Notes under the pieces: generated by a model
Database searches by the model: none
What the model saw: only the letters and a program-made list of their open reading frames with translations
Told to the model about the DNA's origin: nothing
Source of the DNA: Elusimicrobiota bacterium
Lineage (GTDB): Bacteria; Elusimicrobiota; Elusimicrobia; UBA1565; JACRDR01
Length of the DNA stretch: 34,534 bases
Assembly (NCBI GenBank): GCA_041694815.1
Contig: JBGFSC010000001.1
Span: 1-34,534 of the forward strand
Reading direction: 5' to 3'
Made by a program: the position numbers and the translations under genes
In this document: piece after piece, positions 8,888-17,807 of the stretch
Position numbering within the stretch: position 1 is the stretch's first letter
Layout: every line of letters starts with the position of its first letter

Positions 8888-10160
8888 CCCGAAACGGTCT
8901 GCCCTGGTTCTCGTTGGGATCGCCGCTGGCCTGGTACTGGCCGAGCTGTCGCTGCAGATCGCCTCGATCGGCGCTCAACGACTCCGAGAGGCGCGCGCCG
9001 GCGGGGCGAGGCTTCCGTCGGACGGTAGGTTCCGAATCCTCTGCCTCGGGGAGTCCACCACGGCCCCCCACATGGGCAGCGCTCAGCCCTGGCCGGAGCA
9101 ATTGGAGCGAATCTTAAACGAACGTTCGGGCCGTCCCGGCTTCGCGGTTTTCAATGAAGGTGTCGCCGGCACGAATTCCCTAGTGATCTTATCCCGATTG
9201 CCCGGCCAATTGAGGAAATACAGGCCGCATCTCGTCGTCTCGATGATCGGCGTCAACGACGGCCGTTGGTTCGGAGTCCGAACGGCGAAGCCGGCGGAAG
9301 GACTTTTAGCGCACGCGGCATCCGGGCTCCGCCTGCCCAGGCTACTGCGCACCATCCAGGAGTATCTCGCCTCGGGCGGCCGCTCCGCGCCTGCGCCCGG
9401 ATGGGCCGATCTTTCGGCTTTAAGGGCACGAATCTCGGCGCTGGAACGGCGCGGCCGGATTTCGGAGGCCGAGAAACTCGTGGCTCGGGCGCGAGACGAG
9501 TTTCCCGAACATCCGTGGCCGCACGTGAAGCTCTCCGATATCCGCGAGCGGCAGGGCCGTCTTCGCGATGCGGAAGATTCTCTGCTCCGGGCCGTTTGCC
9601 TGCGGCCGGAAAACGCCTGGGTCCATCGCCGCATGGCCGAGTTCCTGGAGCGGCGGGGCCGTCTGGAGGAGGCGGCAGAACCGCTCGAGAGGGCGATGCG
9701 GCTAGAGCCGGAAGACCCCCAGCCCAGCCTGCGCCTCGCCGAATGGCTCGCCCGGCAGGGCAAGATGGAGGAAGCCCGGGCCCGCCTGGGCCGCTACCTC
9801 GGCAACGGACGGCTCCGCATCGGCTACTCCGGTGGCTCCACCCGCGCCGTCACGGCGGCCCATTACGACCAGATTCGCTCGCTGGTCCAGGGTTCCGGCG
9901 CTAAGCTCGCGTGCGTGCAGTACCCGACCCTCGACCCGGAGGAGCTCCGTCGTCTGTTCACCCGGCCCTGCGATCTGCTCGTCTCCAACCGCGAGAACTT
10001 TCGGGAAGCCTTGCGCAACAGCCGCTACGAGGAGTATTTCGTCGACGTGATCTCCGGTCAACGCGGCTGGGGCCACTGCACGGAAAAGGGGGACCGCCTG
10101 ATCGCCGAGCGGCTCGCCGGACTCATTCTGGAGGGAGGCGTTCTGCCCGCATCGCCATGA
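8874..10160 (+). CDS. Membrane-anchored SGNH/GDSL-fold protein with inserted TPRs
   Basis: TM anchor, ILCLGESTT, NEGVAGTNS, MIGVND, three to four TPRs, WGHCTEKGDRLIAE. Confidence 0.88.
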   Translation: MARVNPKRSALVLVGIAAGLVLAELSLQIASIGAQRLREARAGGARLPSDGRFRILCLGESTTAPHMGSAQPWPEQLERILNERSGRPGFAVFNEGVAGTNSLVILSRLPGQLRKYRPHLVVSMIGVNDGRWFGVRTAKPAEGLLAHAASGLRLPRLLRTIQEYLASGGRSAPAPGWADLSALRARISALERRGRISEAEKLVARARDEFPEHPWPHVKLSDIRERQGRLRDAEDSLLRAVCLRPENAWVHRRMAEFLERRGRLEEAAEPLERAMRLEPEDPQPSLRLAEWLARQGKMEEARARLGRYLGNGRLRIGYSGGSTRAVTAAHYDQIRSLVQGSGAKLACVQYPTLDPEELRRLFTRPCDLLVSNRENFREALRNSRYEEYFVDVISGQRGWGHCTEKGDRLIAERLAGLILEGGVLPASP

Positions 10161-10170
10161 AGCCCTCAGA

Positions 10171-11742
10171 CTATAAGACGCGGAAGACCAGGATGCCGTT
10201 TCGCCCGTCGCCTTGGGCGAAGCGCCGGATGACCTCGACGCGTTTGCGCATGCGCGCCAGCTCGGAAAAGAACCTCTGGCGGGACTCCGCCGAATTAAAA
10301 TTAGGCTCCTCGCGCTCATAGCCGAGATATACGTTCCCGCGATCGAGCAGATGTTTTTTAAAATCGGCGATCGCGCCGTAGGAGTCGGGCCACAGCGGGA
10401 CGATGCCTATTTCGCGCCTCATCAAGAACTGAAGGTTCGAATGCATCCCCCAATCCAATATATGCACCCGCTCGACGTCGGACTCGTCGAGCCACTTCGC
10501 GACGTCGTAAATGCGCTCGGTATAATCGGCGCTGACCCCAGACATGTCCCGCAAATAGGTTTGAATTCTGGGGAAATCCAAGGCCAGCCCCGCCGAGAGG
10601 AGCGCGGAGAGGAAAACCCGGCTCGCCCAAGGCGCCATCTTGTCCGCCAGGGTCAGTGCCGCGAAGGCCATGATCAGGACCCCCAGGGGAACGATCGAAT
10701 AAACGTGCTGCGGCAAGAATTTCGTCGTTGTAAAGGGGCTTACGGCCAGGATCAAGGCGAGGGCCGCCAAAAGATACCTGGCCCGAACGGAGCGCACGGC
10801 GTAAAACGAAGTCAGGGCGAGCGAAAGCAGGAAGAAGGGCCAATGGAAGCGAAAACGCGGACGCTCGCGATAAGGGAACTGCCAGCCGAGAAAGTAGTCC
10901 TCTTGCATGAGCTGCCTCACGTTCTCCAGGCGCCCGCCCAGATTCTTGAGATAAGCCCGGTTATCGATCATGGGCTTGGAGTGGATCATCTCGGTCAGCG
11001 GCCGCCCTAGCTGCGAGAGCAGATAAAGGTTCAAGGGAAGGGATCCTAGCAGGAACATGCCGAAGGCCGCCAGGAGGGTCCGAAGCGTCCGCCCCCGGGC
11101 CTCCCGAAGGCGGCCGGACCAATAGGAACGTTCCCCCCATAGGCCCAAAACGAGAAGCGGCGGCAGCACGAAAACGAAATAGGCGTAAGAGGCCAAGCCG
11201 CACCCCGCCAGGAAACAGCTCCCATAAAGATCCCGGGCCCGCCGCGCGCGGCGCCATACCAGAAGACGATGGGCGGAGGCGACCAAAAAAAGGACGATCA
11301 ACGAGCTGCTCGCGAGCCCGAAGCGGCTTCCGCTGATGAACGCCGGATGCGCGGCCAACAAGGCGGCCGCAAATAGAGCGCGGCCGGGAGTTTCAAATAT
11401 CTCCTGGGCGAAAAAAAAGAAAGCAATCAAGATGGCGACCCCTACCGTGACGCAGTAGGCGCGCACCGCGCGAGCGGTATTCCCCATGAGAGCGATAAAA
11501 GGCGCTATCAAGTATGATTCCACCGCTCCATGGTAGTTCTGCCGGCCCAACGGCAGAAGGAACCCGCCCACGGAGAGGTAGCTCGCGCCGCCGACCGCCG
11601 GACTGCGGATGCCCAGCATCGCGCAGGCGGGCAGAGGAGCGCTGGCCTCGTCCGCGTACAGCCCCGGAAGCCCGAGCCGGGGCGCGACGAAGCATACGTA
11701 TAGAGCCGCGGGAACGGCGCAAAGCCACAACGACTTTCTCAC
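10171..11742 (-). CDS. GT-C fold membrane glycosyltransferase (ArnT/PMT-like, GT39/GT83 type)
   Basis: PGLYADEA acidic loop after TM1, many TM helices, soluble C-terminal domain. GTGA overlap with the upstream radical SAM stop. Confidence 0.85.
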   Translation of the reverse strand: MRKSLWLCAVPAALYVCFVAPRLGLPGLYADEASAPLPACAMLGIRSPAVGGASYLSVGGFLLPLGRQNYHGAVESYLIAPFIALMGNTARAVRAYCVTVGVAILIAFFFFAQEIFETPGRALFAAALLAAHPAFISGSRFGLASSSLIVLFLVASAHRLLVWRRARRARDLYGSCFLAGCGLASYAYFVFVLPPLLVLGLWGERSYWSGRLREARGRTLRTLLAAFGMFLLGSLPLNLYLLSQLGRPLTEMIHSKPMIDNRAYLKNLGGRLENVRQLMQEDYFLGWQFPYRERPRFRFHWPFFLLSLALTSFYAVRSVRARYLLAALALILAVSPFTTTKFLPQHVYSIVPLGVLIMAFAALTLADKMAPWASRVFLSALLSAGLALDFPRIQTYLRDMSGVSADYTERIYDVAKWLDESDVERVHILDWGMHSNLQFLMRREIGIVPLWPDSYGAIADFKKHLLDRGNVYLGYEREEPNFNSAESRQRFFSELARMRKRVEVIRRFAQGDGRNGILVFRVL

Positions 11743-13322
11743 GAAAAGCCCTTTTCCAAGGCCATGCGGCCTCTCATGCGGAGCAAGAGCGACTTGGCGG
11801 AAAGATAGGCGATCCTCTCTAGAAACCCCTCTTGCCGGCCGCGGACAAGGTTAAACGCCGATTTCAGAATCCTCCATGGGCGCGTTAGATAAGCCGTCGA
11901 GTAAAACAGGAAAAACCCGCCGTAGACGTAAAACCAAAGCATGGCGCTGGAAATGTGCCGACTGTAGGACCTGACTCCGAAGGGGTTATTGCAGAGATTC
12001 TCCTCGATGCGGCGGATAAAGTCAGGCGAGTGGGGCGGCGGGAAGCGGCCCTCGCCCGTCAGGCGCCTGAAATCCTCGCTGCCGGGATAGGGGGTCATGG
12101 GCAGGACGCCGACCTCTTTGAGTCCCATTACGGCGCATCGAACCGCGAGCAGGAGGGTCTTCAGGACGTCCCGATGCGTCTCCTCGGGGCTTCCGACGAT
12201 GAAGTTGGCGCGAGTCTCGAATCCGATGCGCACGGCCGATCTCATGGAAGCGAGCAGGTTCTCGAGGCGTATCTTCTTCCTCATGCGCTCGAGCGTATGT
12301 TCGCTGCCGCTCTCGGGAGCGTAGGTCAAGTGCTCGCAGCCCGCCGAGTAAAGGGCCCTAAGGGTCTCCTCGTCGAGGGCCTCGGAGCGGGTTCCGGTCG
12401 GAAGCCGGAGCCGGACGTCGAGCCTCCGCTCCGCCAGGATCTCGCAAAAACGGAGCGTCCAGCGCTTATTGATGACGGCCGTGAGATCATAAAACTCGAT
12501 CGTGTCCACCCGGAAGCGGCGCACGCATTCCTCGATCTCGTCGACAACGAGCTCCGGCTTTCGCGCGCGCCAAAGGTTCCCCCACATATTGTCATTGGAA
12601 CAAAAGGAGCAACGATACGGGCAGCCACGCGAGGCGACGATCGGGATGGTCCTGCGGCCGCTGGAGGCCTGGCCGGTGGCATTGCCGAGATAGTTCTCGA
12701 TAGGGATCATGCTCCAGTCGGGCCTCGGGATCTTATCGACGTCGCGGACGCGGCCCCGGCGCGTCTCGAAATACCCCCCCTCCTCGAGCCCGGCGATCCC
12801 CTCGAGGCCCCGGACCGAACCGCGCCCCGACCGCTCGAGGGCCTCGAGGAGCTCGAGGGTCGTCTCCTCGCCCTCCCCGAGAACGGCGAAATCGAGCGCC
12901 CCGTCGGCGTCGACCAGGGTAAATTCGGGAAGGGCCGTAACGTGCTCTCCCCCGACGACGATGACCGCTCGGGGGTAGGCGCGGCGGATCTTTAGGATCA
13001 AGTCCTTATGGAAACGCCAGTTATTGGAGAACATCAGGCTGAGCCCGATCACATCGGAGTAACTACCGATACGGCGCAGGATATCGTCGTGGGAAAGGCC
13101 CACCGAAACCATGCGCCGCTCGGCGGGACGAATCCCGTGGATGTCCTCGGCGATCGCATCGATGACCTGAACGGGCCAACCGGCCGACCTTAAGGAAGCG
13201 GCGACGGAGACGACTCCTATCGGAGGTGGAAACCAGTAATGACGGACGGCGCCGCCCGACAAGAAATAGGTGGGATTGATGAGGCTGACTTTGAGCCGGC
13301 GCGCGCGCTTGCCGTCCGTCAT
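11739..13322 (-). CDS. Cobalamin-binding radical SAM protein (class B methyltransferase/BchE-like superfamily)
   Basis: N-terminal B12-binding domain (LINP, PPIG, VVGGEHVT, VLGEGE), SRGCPYRCSFC, APESGS, FIVGSPEET. Confidence 0.94.
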   Translation of the reverse strand: MTDGKRARRLKVSLINPTYFLSGGAVRHYWFPPPIGVVSVAASLRSAGWPVQVIDAIAEDIHGIRPAERRMVSVGLSHDDILRRIGSYSDVIGLSLMFSNNWRFHKDLILKIRRAYPRAVIVVGGEHVTALPEFTLVDADGALDFAVLGEGEETTLELLEALERSGRGSVRGLEGIAGLEEGGYFETRRGRVRDVDKIPRPDWSMIPIENYLGNATGQASSGRRTIPIVASRGCPYRCSFCSNDNMWGNLWRARKPELVVDEIEECVRRFRVDTIEFYDLTAVINKRWTLRFCEILAERRLDVRLRLPTGTRSEALDEETLRALYSAGCEHLTYAPESGSEHTLERMRKKIRLENLLASMRSAVRIGFETRANFIVGSPEETHRDVLKTLLLAVRCAVMGLKEVGVLPMTPYPGSEDFRRLTGEGRFPPPHSPDFIRRIEENLCNNPFGVRSYSRHISSAMLWFYVYGGFFLFYSTAYLTRPWRILKSAFNLVRGRQEGFLERIAYLSAKSLLLRMRGRMALEKGFS

Positions 13323-14248
13323 CTCTTTTTCAAGCCTCGGAGCCGACCTCGAACCTCCCGGCCCCTAGACGAGAGCTTCTCCACCTCGCGATCGCGCCCT
13401 TGCCGCAAGCAGAGCGCCGCCAGGGCCTCGAGGGTCTCGGCCAATATTGCGCTGTCTCCGCCAGCTCCGACCACCGTCAATGCACGCCGGTAGTACGACT
13501 CGGCCGTCGCGTCTCTCCCGCGTTGGGCCGCCAGGGATGCCAGATCCTGCAAGGCCTTGCCATGCTGCAGCGCCGGCATGTTCCGGGCGAACGCCAGGAT
13601 GCGCCGATACAGCGCCTCGGCTTCGTCATAGCGGCCCTGGGTCCGGTAGAGCCCGGCTAGGTCCTCCAAGGTCTTGCGCGTCGCCGCCGGATGATCCTTC
13701 GACGTCTTCTCAGCCATCGCCAGCGCCTTTTTGTAGAATGCCTCCGCTTGGCGGTGATTCTTTCGCGCCAGGTACAGGGACGCGAGGTGATGGTAGGGCC
13801 GATGACTTTCTGGATGCAGCCTCCTGGCTTCCTCGAAGCGCTTGGCGGCTTCCTGATCCCTTCCCTGCTCTAATTCCGTATAGCCCAGATTGATATAGCT
13901 TTCCATGCAGCGCGGACAGGCCTCCCGGGCCAGGCGATTCATCCTGGCGCTTTCCTCGAAGCGTCCCGTCCATCGGTAAAGCTCCCCCAGCGCGATGTAG
14001 GTATCGTAGCTTCCTTGCCCCAGCTCCAGCGCGGCCTCCAGCATGGCGGCCGCCGCGTTATGCTTGCCCAACTCGCGGTAGACGAAACCCAGTGCCGGAT
14101 AGACCTTCGGATCCCCTCCCGGCAGCGCGCGCTCGAGCGCACGCTCGGCCTCGAGGTACTTACCCTGGCCGGCTAGGGAACGCCCAATCTCCAGGCAGGC
14201 CTGCGGGGTGGCGCATACGGCGACGGCTAGGATCGGCGCGAAAATCAC
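13319..14248 (-). CDS. Exported TPR protein
   Basis: Short signal MIFAPILAVAVC, 34-aa TPRs, CPRC motif. ATGA overlap with the downstream radical SAM. Confidence 0.88.
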   Translation of the reverse strand: MIFAPILAVAVCATPQACLEIGRSLAGQGKYLEAERALERALPGGDPKVYPALGFVYRELGKHNAAAAMLEAALELGQGSYDTYIALGELYRWTGRFEESARMNRLAREACPRCMESYINLGYTELEQGRDQEAAKRFEEARRLHPESHRPYHHLASLYLARKNHRQAEAFYKKALAMAEKTSKDHPAATRKTLEDLAGLYRTQGRYDEAEALYRRILAFARNMPALQHGKALQDLASLAAQRGRDATAESYYRRALTVVGAGGDSAILAETLEALAALCLRQGRDREVEKLSSRGREVRGRLRGLKKR

Positions 14249-14290
14249 GGGAGTCCCGTTGGAAGAATCCTATAAAATAATATACTAGAT
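14247..14290. promoter_or_regulatory. Divergent promoter region with 13-bp palindrome
   Basis: AT-rich TATAAAATAATATACT (14271-14286) contains -10-like hexamers. ACGGGA-G-TCCCGT at 14247-14259. Confidence 0.45.
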
Positions 14291-14311
14291 AAGGCGCGCT
14301 TTAACCCCTCC

Positions 14312-16267
14312 ATGTGCGGAATAGCCGGAGTCCTCTGCCTCGAAGCCCCCTCTTCCCAGCCGGACCGGCGGCTCGTTGAGCGCATGATCGACCGCCTGCG
14401 GCATCGCGGGCCCGACGCGCGCGGCCTCTACCAGGACCCCCGATGCGTGCTCGGCAACGCGCGGCTGAAGATCATCGATCCCTCCGACAACGCCGCCATG
14501 CCGATGTCCAACGACGACGGTTCGGTGTGGCTGACCTATAACGGGGAGATATCGAACTTCCGGGAGCTGAAGGCCGAATTCAAGCTCGACGGGAAATACC
14601 GGTTCCGTTCCTCCTCCGACACGGAGGTGCTGCTTCGGCTCTACGAAGAGCATGGCATCGACTGCCTCCGGCGCCTTTCCGGCATGTTCTCCTTCTGCCT
14701 CTACGATCGGCGCAGGCAAAAGGCGTTCGTGGTCCGCGACTTCTTCGGCATCACACCCCTCTTCTACATGCAAAAGGGCCGCCGTCTCTACTTCGCCTCA
14801 GAGATTAAAGCGTTTCTGCACTTGCCGGAGTTCCGTCCCGAGATGGATTTTGAGGCATTTCACCACTACTTCTCCCTTGCCTATATCCCGCTGGAGCGCA
14901 CTCCGTTCGCCGACGTCCGGGAAATGCGCGCCGGCGAATTGATCGAAATCGACTTCGCCGCCGGGTCCGTCGACCGCCGGCCGTACTACTCGCTCCAATA
15001 CCGCCAAGACCTAGCGATGGACGAGCGCGAGGGAGCGGCCCGGCTCCACGAGTTGTTGCTCGACTCGGTGCGCCGCCACCTCATCGCCGACGTCCCGCTG
15101 GGCATGACCTTGTCGGGAGGCATGGACACGAGCACCATCCTCGGCCTGGCGAAGGAATTGGGCGCGAGCGAGCGCATGCACACCTTCTCGCTCAAGATGG
15201 GCGAGGAGAGTTTCGACGAGTCGCGCTACCAGCGCTTAATGGCCGGTTTCGCGCGTTCCATCCACCATGAGATTCCCGTAGGCCCGCGCCAGGTCCAGGA
15301 GGCGCTAGTCGAGCACATGGCGTTCATGGACGAGCCGATCGGAGATGGCTCGGCCATCCCGTCTTTCATCCTCGCCCGCGAGGCCAAACGGCACGTGTCG
15401 GTGCTGCTTTCCGGAGAGGGCGGAGACGAGGTCTTCAGCGCCTACGAGACCCACGGCGCGTACCGGTGGCGGAAGCTCTATCGCAGCCTCCTGCCGGCGC
15501 CGCTGCGCTCGCTGCTGCGCCGCGCCGCGCCCCTCTTGCCCGTCTCCTACAAGAAGCTGAGCTTCGACTTCAAGTTCAAGCGCTTCGTGGAGGGCGCCGA
15601 GCTCGAAGCGCCCCGGGCGCACCTCTACTGGAGGCACGTGTTCACCGAAGGCGAGAAACGGCGCCTGCTCGGCGGCGCCGACTTCCAGCCGACGGACGAG
15701 CTCTTTTCGGAGCTCTATCACGGCGCCGACTTCGACGACGATTTCAACCGCATCTCGCTGCTCGACATCGTATTCTTCTTCCACGGCGACCTCATGCTCA
15801 AGAACGACCGCATGATACTCGCGCATTCGATCGAGGCGCGTTTCCCCCTGATGGACCGGATGGTCGTCGAGTTCGCCAGCCGAATTCCCGTCTCCCTGCG
15901 CCTGAAGGGACTGCAGCGCCGCTACCTGCAGAAGCGCGCGATGGAAGGGCGGCTGCCGCCCGCCATCCTGCGCCGCGATAATTTCGGCCTGGAGATGCCC
16001 CATTCCCTGTGGTTCCTCAAGGAGCTCCGCCCCCTGGGCGAGCGCTATTTCAGGCGCGAGCAGGTCGGCAAAAGCGGGATACTAGACCCAGGCTTCGTGG
16101 CCGAGCTCTGGGAGCAGCACCTCTCGGGACGCCGGGACAACGGGCGCCCGCTATGGTGCATCCTGCTATTCCTGATCTGGTTCGATCTGTTCATCGATCG
16201 GAGGGATTCCGAACCCCTGCACGCCGTTTACCCGGGCCGCAGCACGGTTCCCGCGCGCACCATCTGA
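14312..16267 (+). CDS. asnB: Asparagine synthase (glutamine-hydrolysing)-family amidotransferase
   Basis: MCGIAG Ntn N-terminus, HRGPD, YNGEI, SDTEV, LSGGMDTS, LSGEGGDE, EARFPLMD. Context favours a tailoring amidotransferase over Asn supply. Confidence 0.95.
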   Translation: MCGIAGVLCLEAPSSQPDRRLVERMIDRLRHRGPDARGLYQDPRCVLGNARLKIIDPSDNAAMPMSNDDGSVWLTYNGEISNFRELKAEFKLDGKYRFRSSSDTEVLLRLYEEHGIDCLRRLSGMFSFCLYDRRRQKAFVVRDFFGITPLFYMQKGRRLYFASEIKAFLHLPEFRPEMDFEAFHHYFSLAYIPLERTPFADVREMRAGELIEIDFAAGSVDRRPYYSLQYRQDLAMDEREGAARLHELLLDSVRRHLIADVPLGMTLSGGMDTSTILGLAKELGASERMHTFSLKMGEESFDESRYQRLMAGFARSIHHEIPVGPRQVQEALVEHMAFMDEPIGDGSAIPSFILAREAKRHVSVLLSGEGGDEVFSAYETHGAYRWRKLYRSLLPAPLRSLLRRAAPLLPVSYKKLSFDFKFKRFVEGAELEAPRAHLYWRHVFTEGEKRRLLGGADFQPTDELFSELYHGADFDDDFNRISLLDIVFFFHGDLMLKNDRMILAHSIEARFPLMDRMVVEFASRIPVSLRLKGLQRRYLQKRAMEGRLPPAILRRDNFGLEMPHSLWFLKELRPLGERYFRREQVGKSGILDPGFVAELWEQHLSGRRDNGRPLWCILLFLIWFDLFIDRRDSEPLHAVYPGRSTVPARTI

Positions 16268-17766
16268 TACGGAAAATCCCGGCATCCATAGGCCTTGAAA
16301 TCAAAGCAGGGCCAACGTTCGCGCGCATAATACTCGCACGCCGTCTCCCCTCGGCTCGCCGCCGACAGCAGGAATTTCGCGAAGTAGAGAGCATCCCGGA
16401 ATATTTCTCCCGTCGCGATCCCGCGCCTAAGGCGCCGGATGAAAAAGCTCGGATTGAGGAACACTGTCTTAAGGTATGCCTGGCGCATCAAGCGAGCCAC
16501 CGCGCCCGGTTCCAGTCGTGGATGAAAGAAGGGGGGATCGGAGGTGTACACGTAATACCGGTCCCAATCGAAGGTGCGAAGGAGCCCCTCCTGGAGATAA
16601 CGGCGGAACATGGGCGTGCCGGGGAAGGCGATCGTCATTCCGAAACGGAGCGTATCGAGCCTTAGGGAGAGGGCGTAGTCGATTGTCTCCCTCATCGTCT
16701 CGATCGTATCGGGGCTTAAGCCCAGCAAGAAGTACCCGTTGACTTCCATGCCGGCCCGGCGCGCCGTCTCGACCGCCTTCCGGCCCAGCTCGACGCTGGC
16801 CCGGCCGCCCTTGCCGAAACGCTTGAGAACCACGTCGTTGCCCGACTCGAAGCCGAAATAAACCCGGTAGCAGCCGGCCCTGCGCATCAGGCGAAAGAGC
16901 CCCTCGTCGGCCGACTCGACGCGGATATCGCATTGCCACGCTAAGGGAGACCCGGCCCGTATGATCTCCTCGCAGACGGACGTCGCCCAGGCCTTGTCCG
17001 AGGTGAAGATATCGTCGGCCAGCATGCATTCGCGCCACCCCAGCCGGCGGAGGAGCCGCAGCTCCTCGGCGCAGCGCCTCGGGCTTTTCTTCCGGTATCC
17101 CAGCCCCATCGAGTTCTTCGACGCGCAGAAATCGCATTGGAAAACGCAGCCGCGGGAGAATTCCGCCATCGTCAACGGCGGGGCGCTGCAGAGCAGACGG
17201 CTGACCTTATCGCGGTAGGCCGCCGGGGAATAGAGCCGCCATGCGGGCATGGGCAAGGAGTCGAGGTTTTGGAGCAGCGGGGTGGGGGCAAGCTGACGCG
17301 AGCCGGAACCGCTGCGTGTAAACGCCCCGGGTACCGCGTCGAGGCTTCGCCCGTCGCAGACCTCGGCGAAAGCCAGGTCCGCCTCTCCCGGAAGGACGGC
17401 ATCCAATCGCGATTCCATCAGGCTCTCGTGGGGAAGCGCCGACGCGTGGGCCCCCCCGCCCACGACGCGCATGTCCTCGGAGATATCCTTGCATAGCAGC
17501 GAGATATCCCGGAGCTGGTTCATAAGCGGCGTCGTCGCGGTGATGCCGACGACATCGGGCTTCAGGCCGAGGATCTCCTGCCGTATGGAACGCCAATCAT
17601 AGCGTCGATGGCTCAAGTCGAGGATAGTAACCCGGTGCCCGCGGCGCACGGCCTCGGCCGCAATCGTCGCCAAGCCGAGCGTCGGCATGATGGGGTTGAT
17701 GAGTCTACCCTGCGACGAGGCGTAGCTGCCGAAGTAGGAGGGGTTGATCAGAAGGATTCGCGACAT
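16228..17766 (-). CDS. Cobalamin-binding radical SAM protein
   Basis: ILLINPS, PTLGLATIAA, VVGGGAHAS, GEAD, SRGCVFQCDFC, ADDIFT, FGFESGN, YFLLGL. Confidence 0.94.
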   Translation of the reverse strand: MSRILLINPSYFGSYASSQGRLINPIMPTLGLATIAAEAVRRGHRVTILDLSHRRYDWRSIRQEILGLKPDVVGITATTPLMNQLRDISLLCKDISEDMRVVGGGAHASALPHESLMESRLDAVLPGEADLAFAEVCDGRSLDAVPGAFTRSGSGSRQLAPTPLLQNLDSLPMPAWRLYSPAAYRDKVSRLLCSAPPLTMAEFSRGCVFQCDFCASKNSMGLGYRKKSPRRCAEELRLLRRLGWRECMLADDIFTSDKAWATSVCEEIIRAGSPLAWQCDIRVESADEGLFRLMRRAGCYRVYFGFESGNDVVLKRFGKGGRASVELGRKAVETARRAGMEVNGYFLLGLSPDTIETMRETIDYALSLRLDTLRFGMTIAFPGTPMFRRYLQEGLLRTFDWDRYYVYTSDPPFFHPRLEPGAVARLMRQAYLKTVFLNPSFFIRRLRRGIATGEIFRDALYFAKFLLSAASRGETACEYYARERWPCFDFKAYGCRDFPYQMVRAGTVLRPG

Positions 17767-17783
17767 GTCCCGCCCGCCAAGGG

Positions 17784-17807
17784 CATGATAACGGTTTTGC
17801 TATCATG
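17784..17807. promoter_or_regulatory. Inverted repeat forming back-to-back -10 elements (putative bidirectional promoter or operator)
   Basis: CATGATA-N10-TATCATG in the 40-bp divergent spacer. Each arm reads TATCAT outward. Confidence 0.55.
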
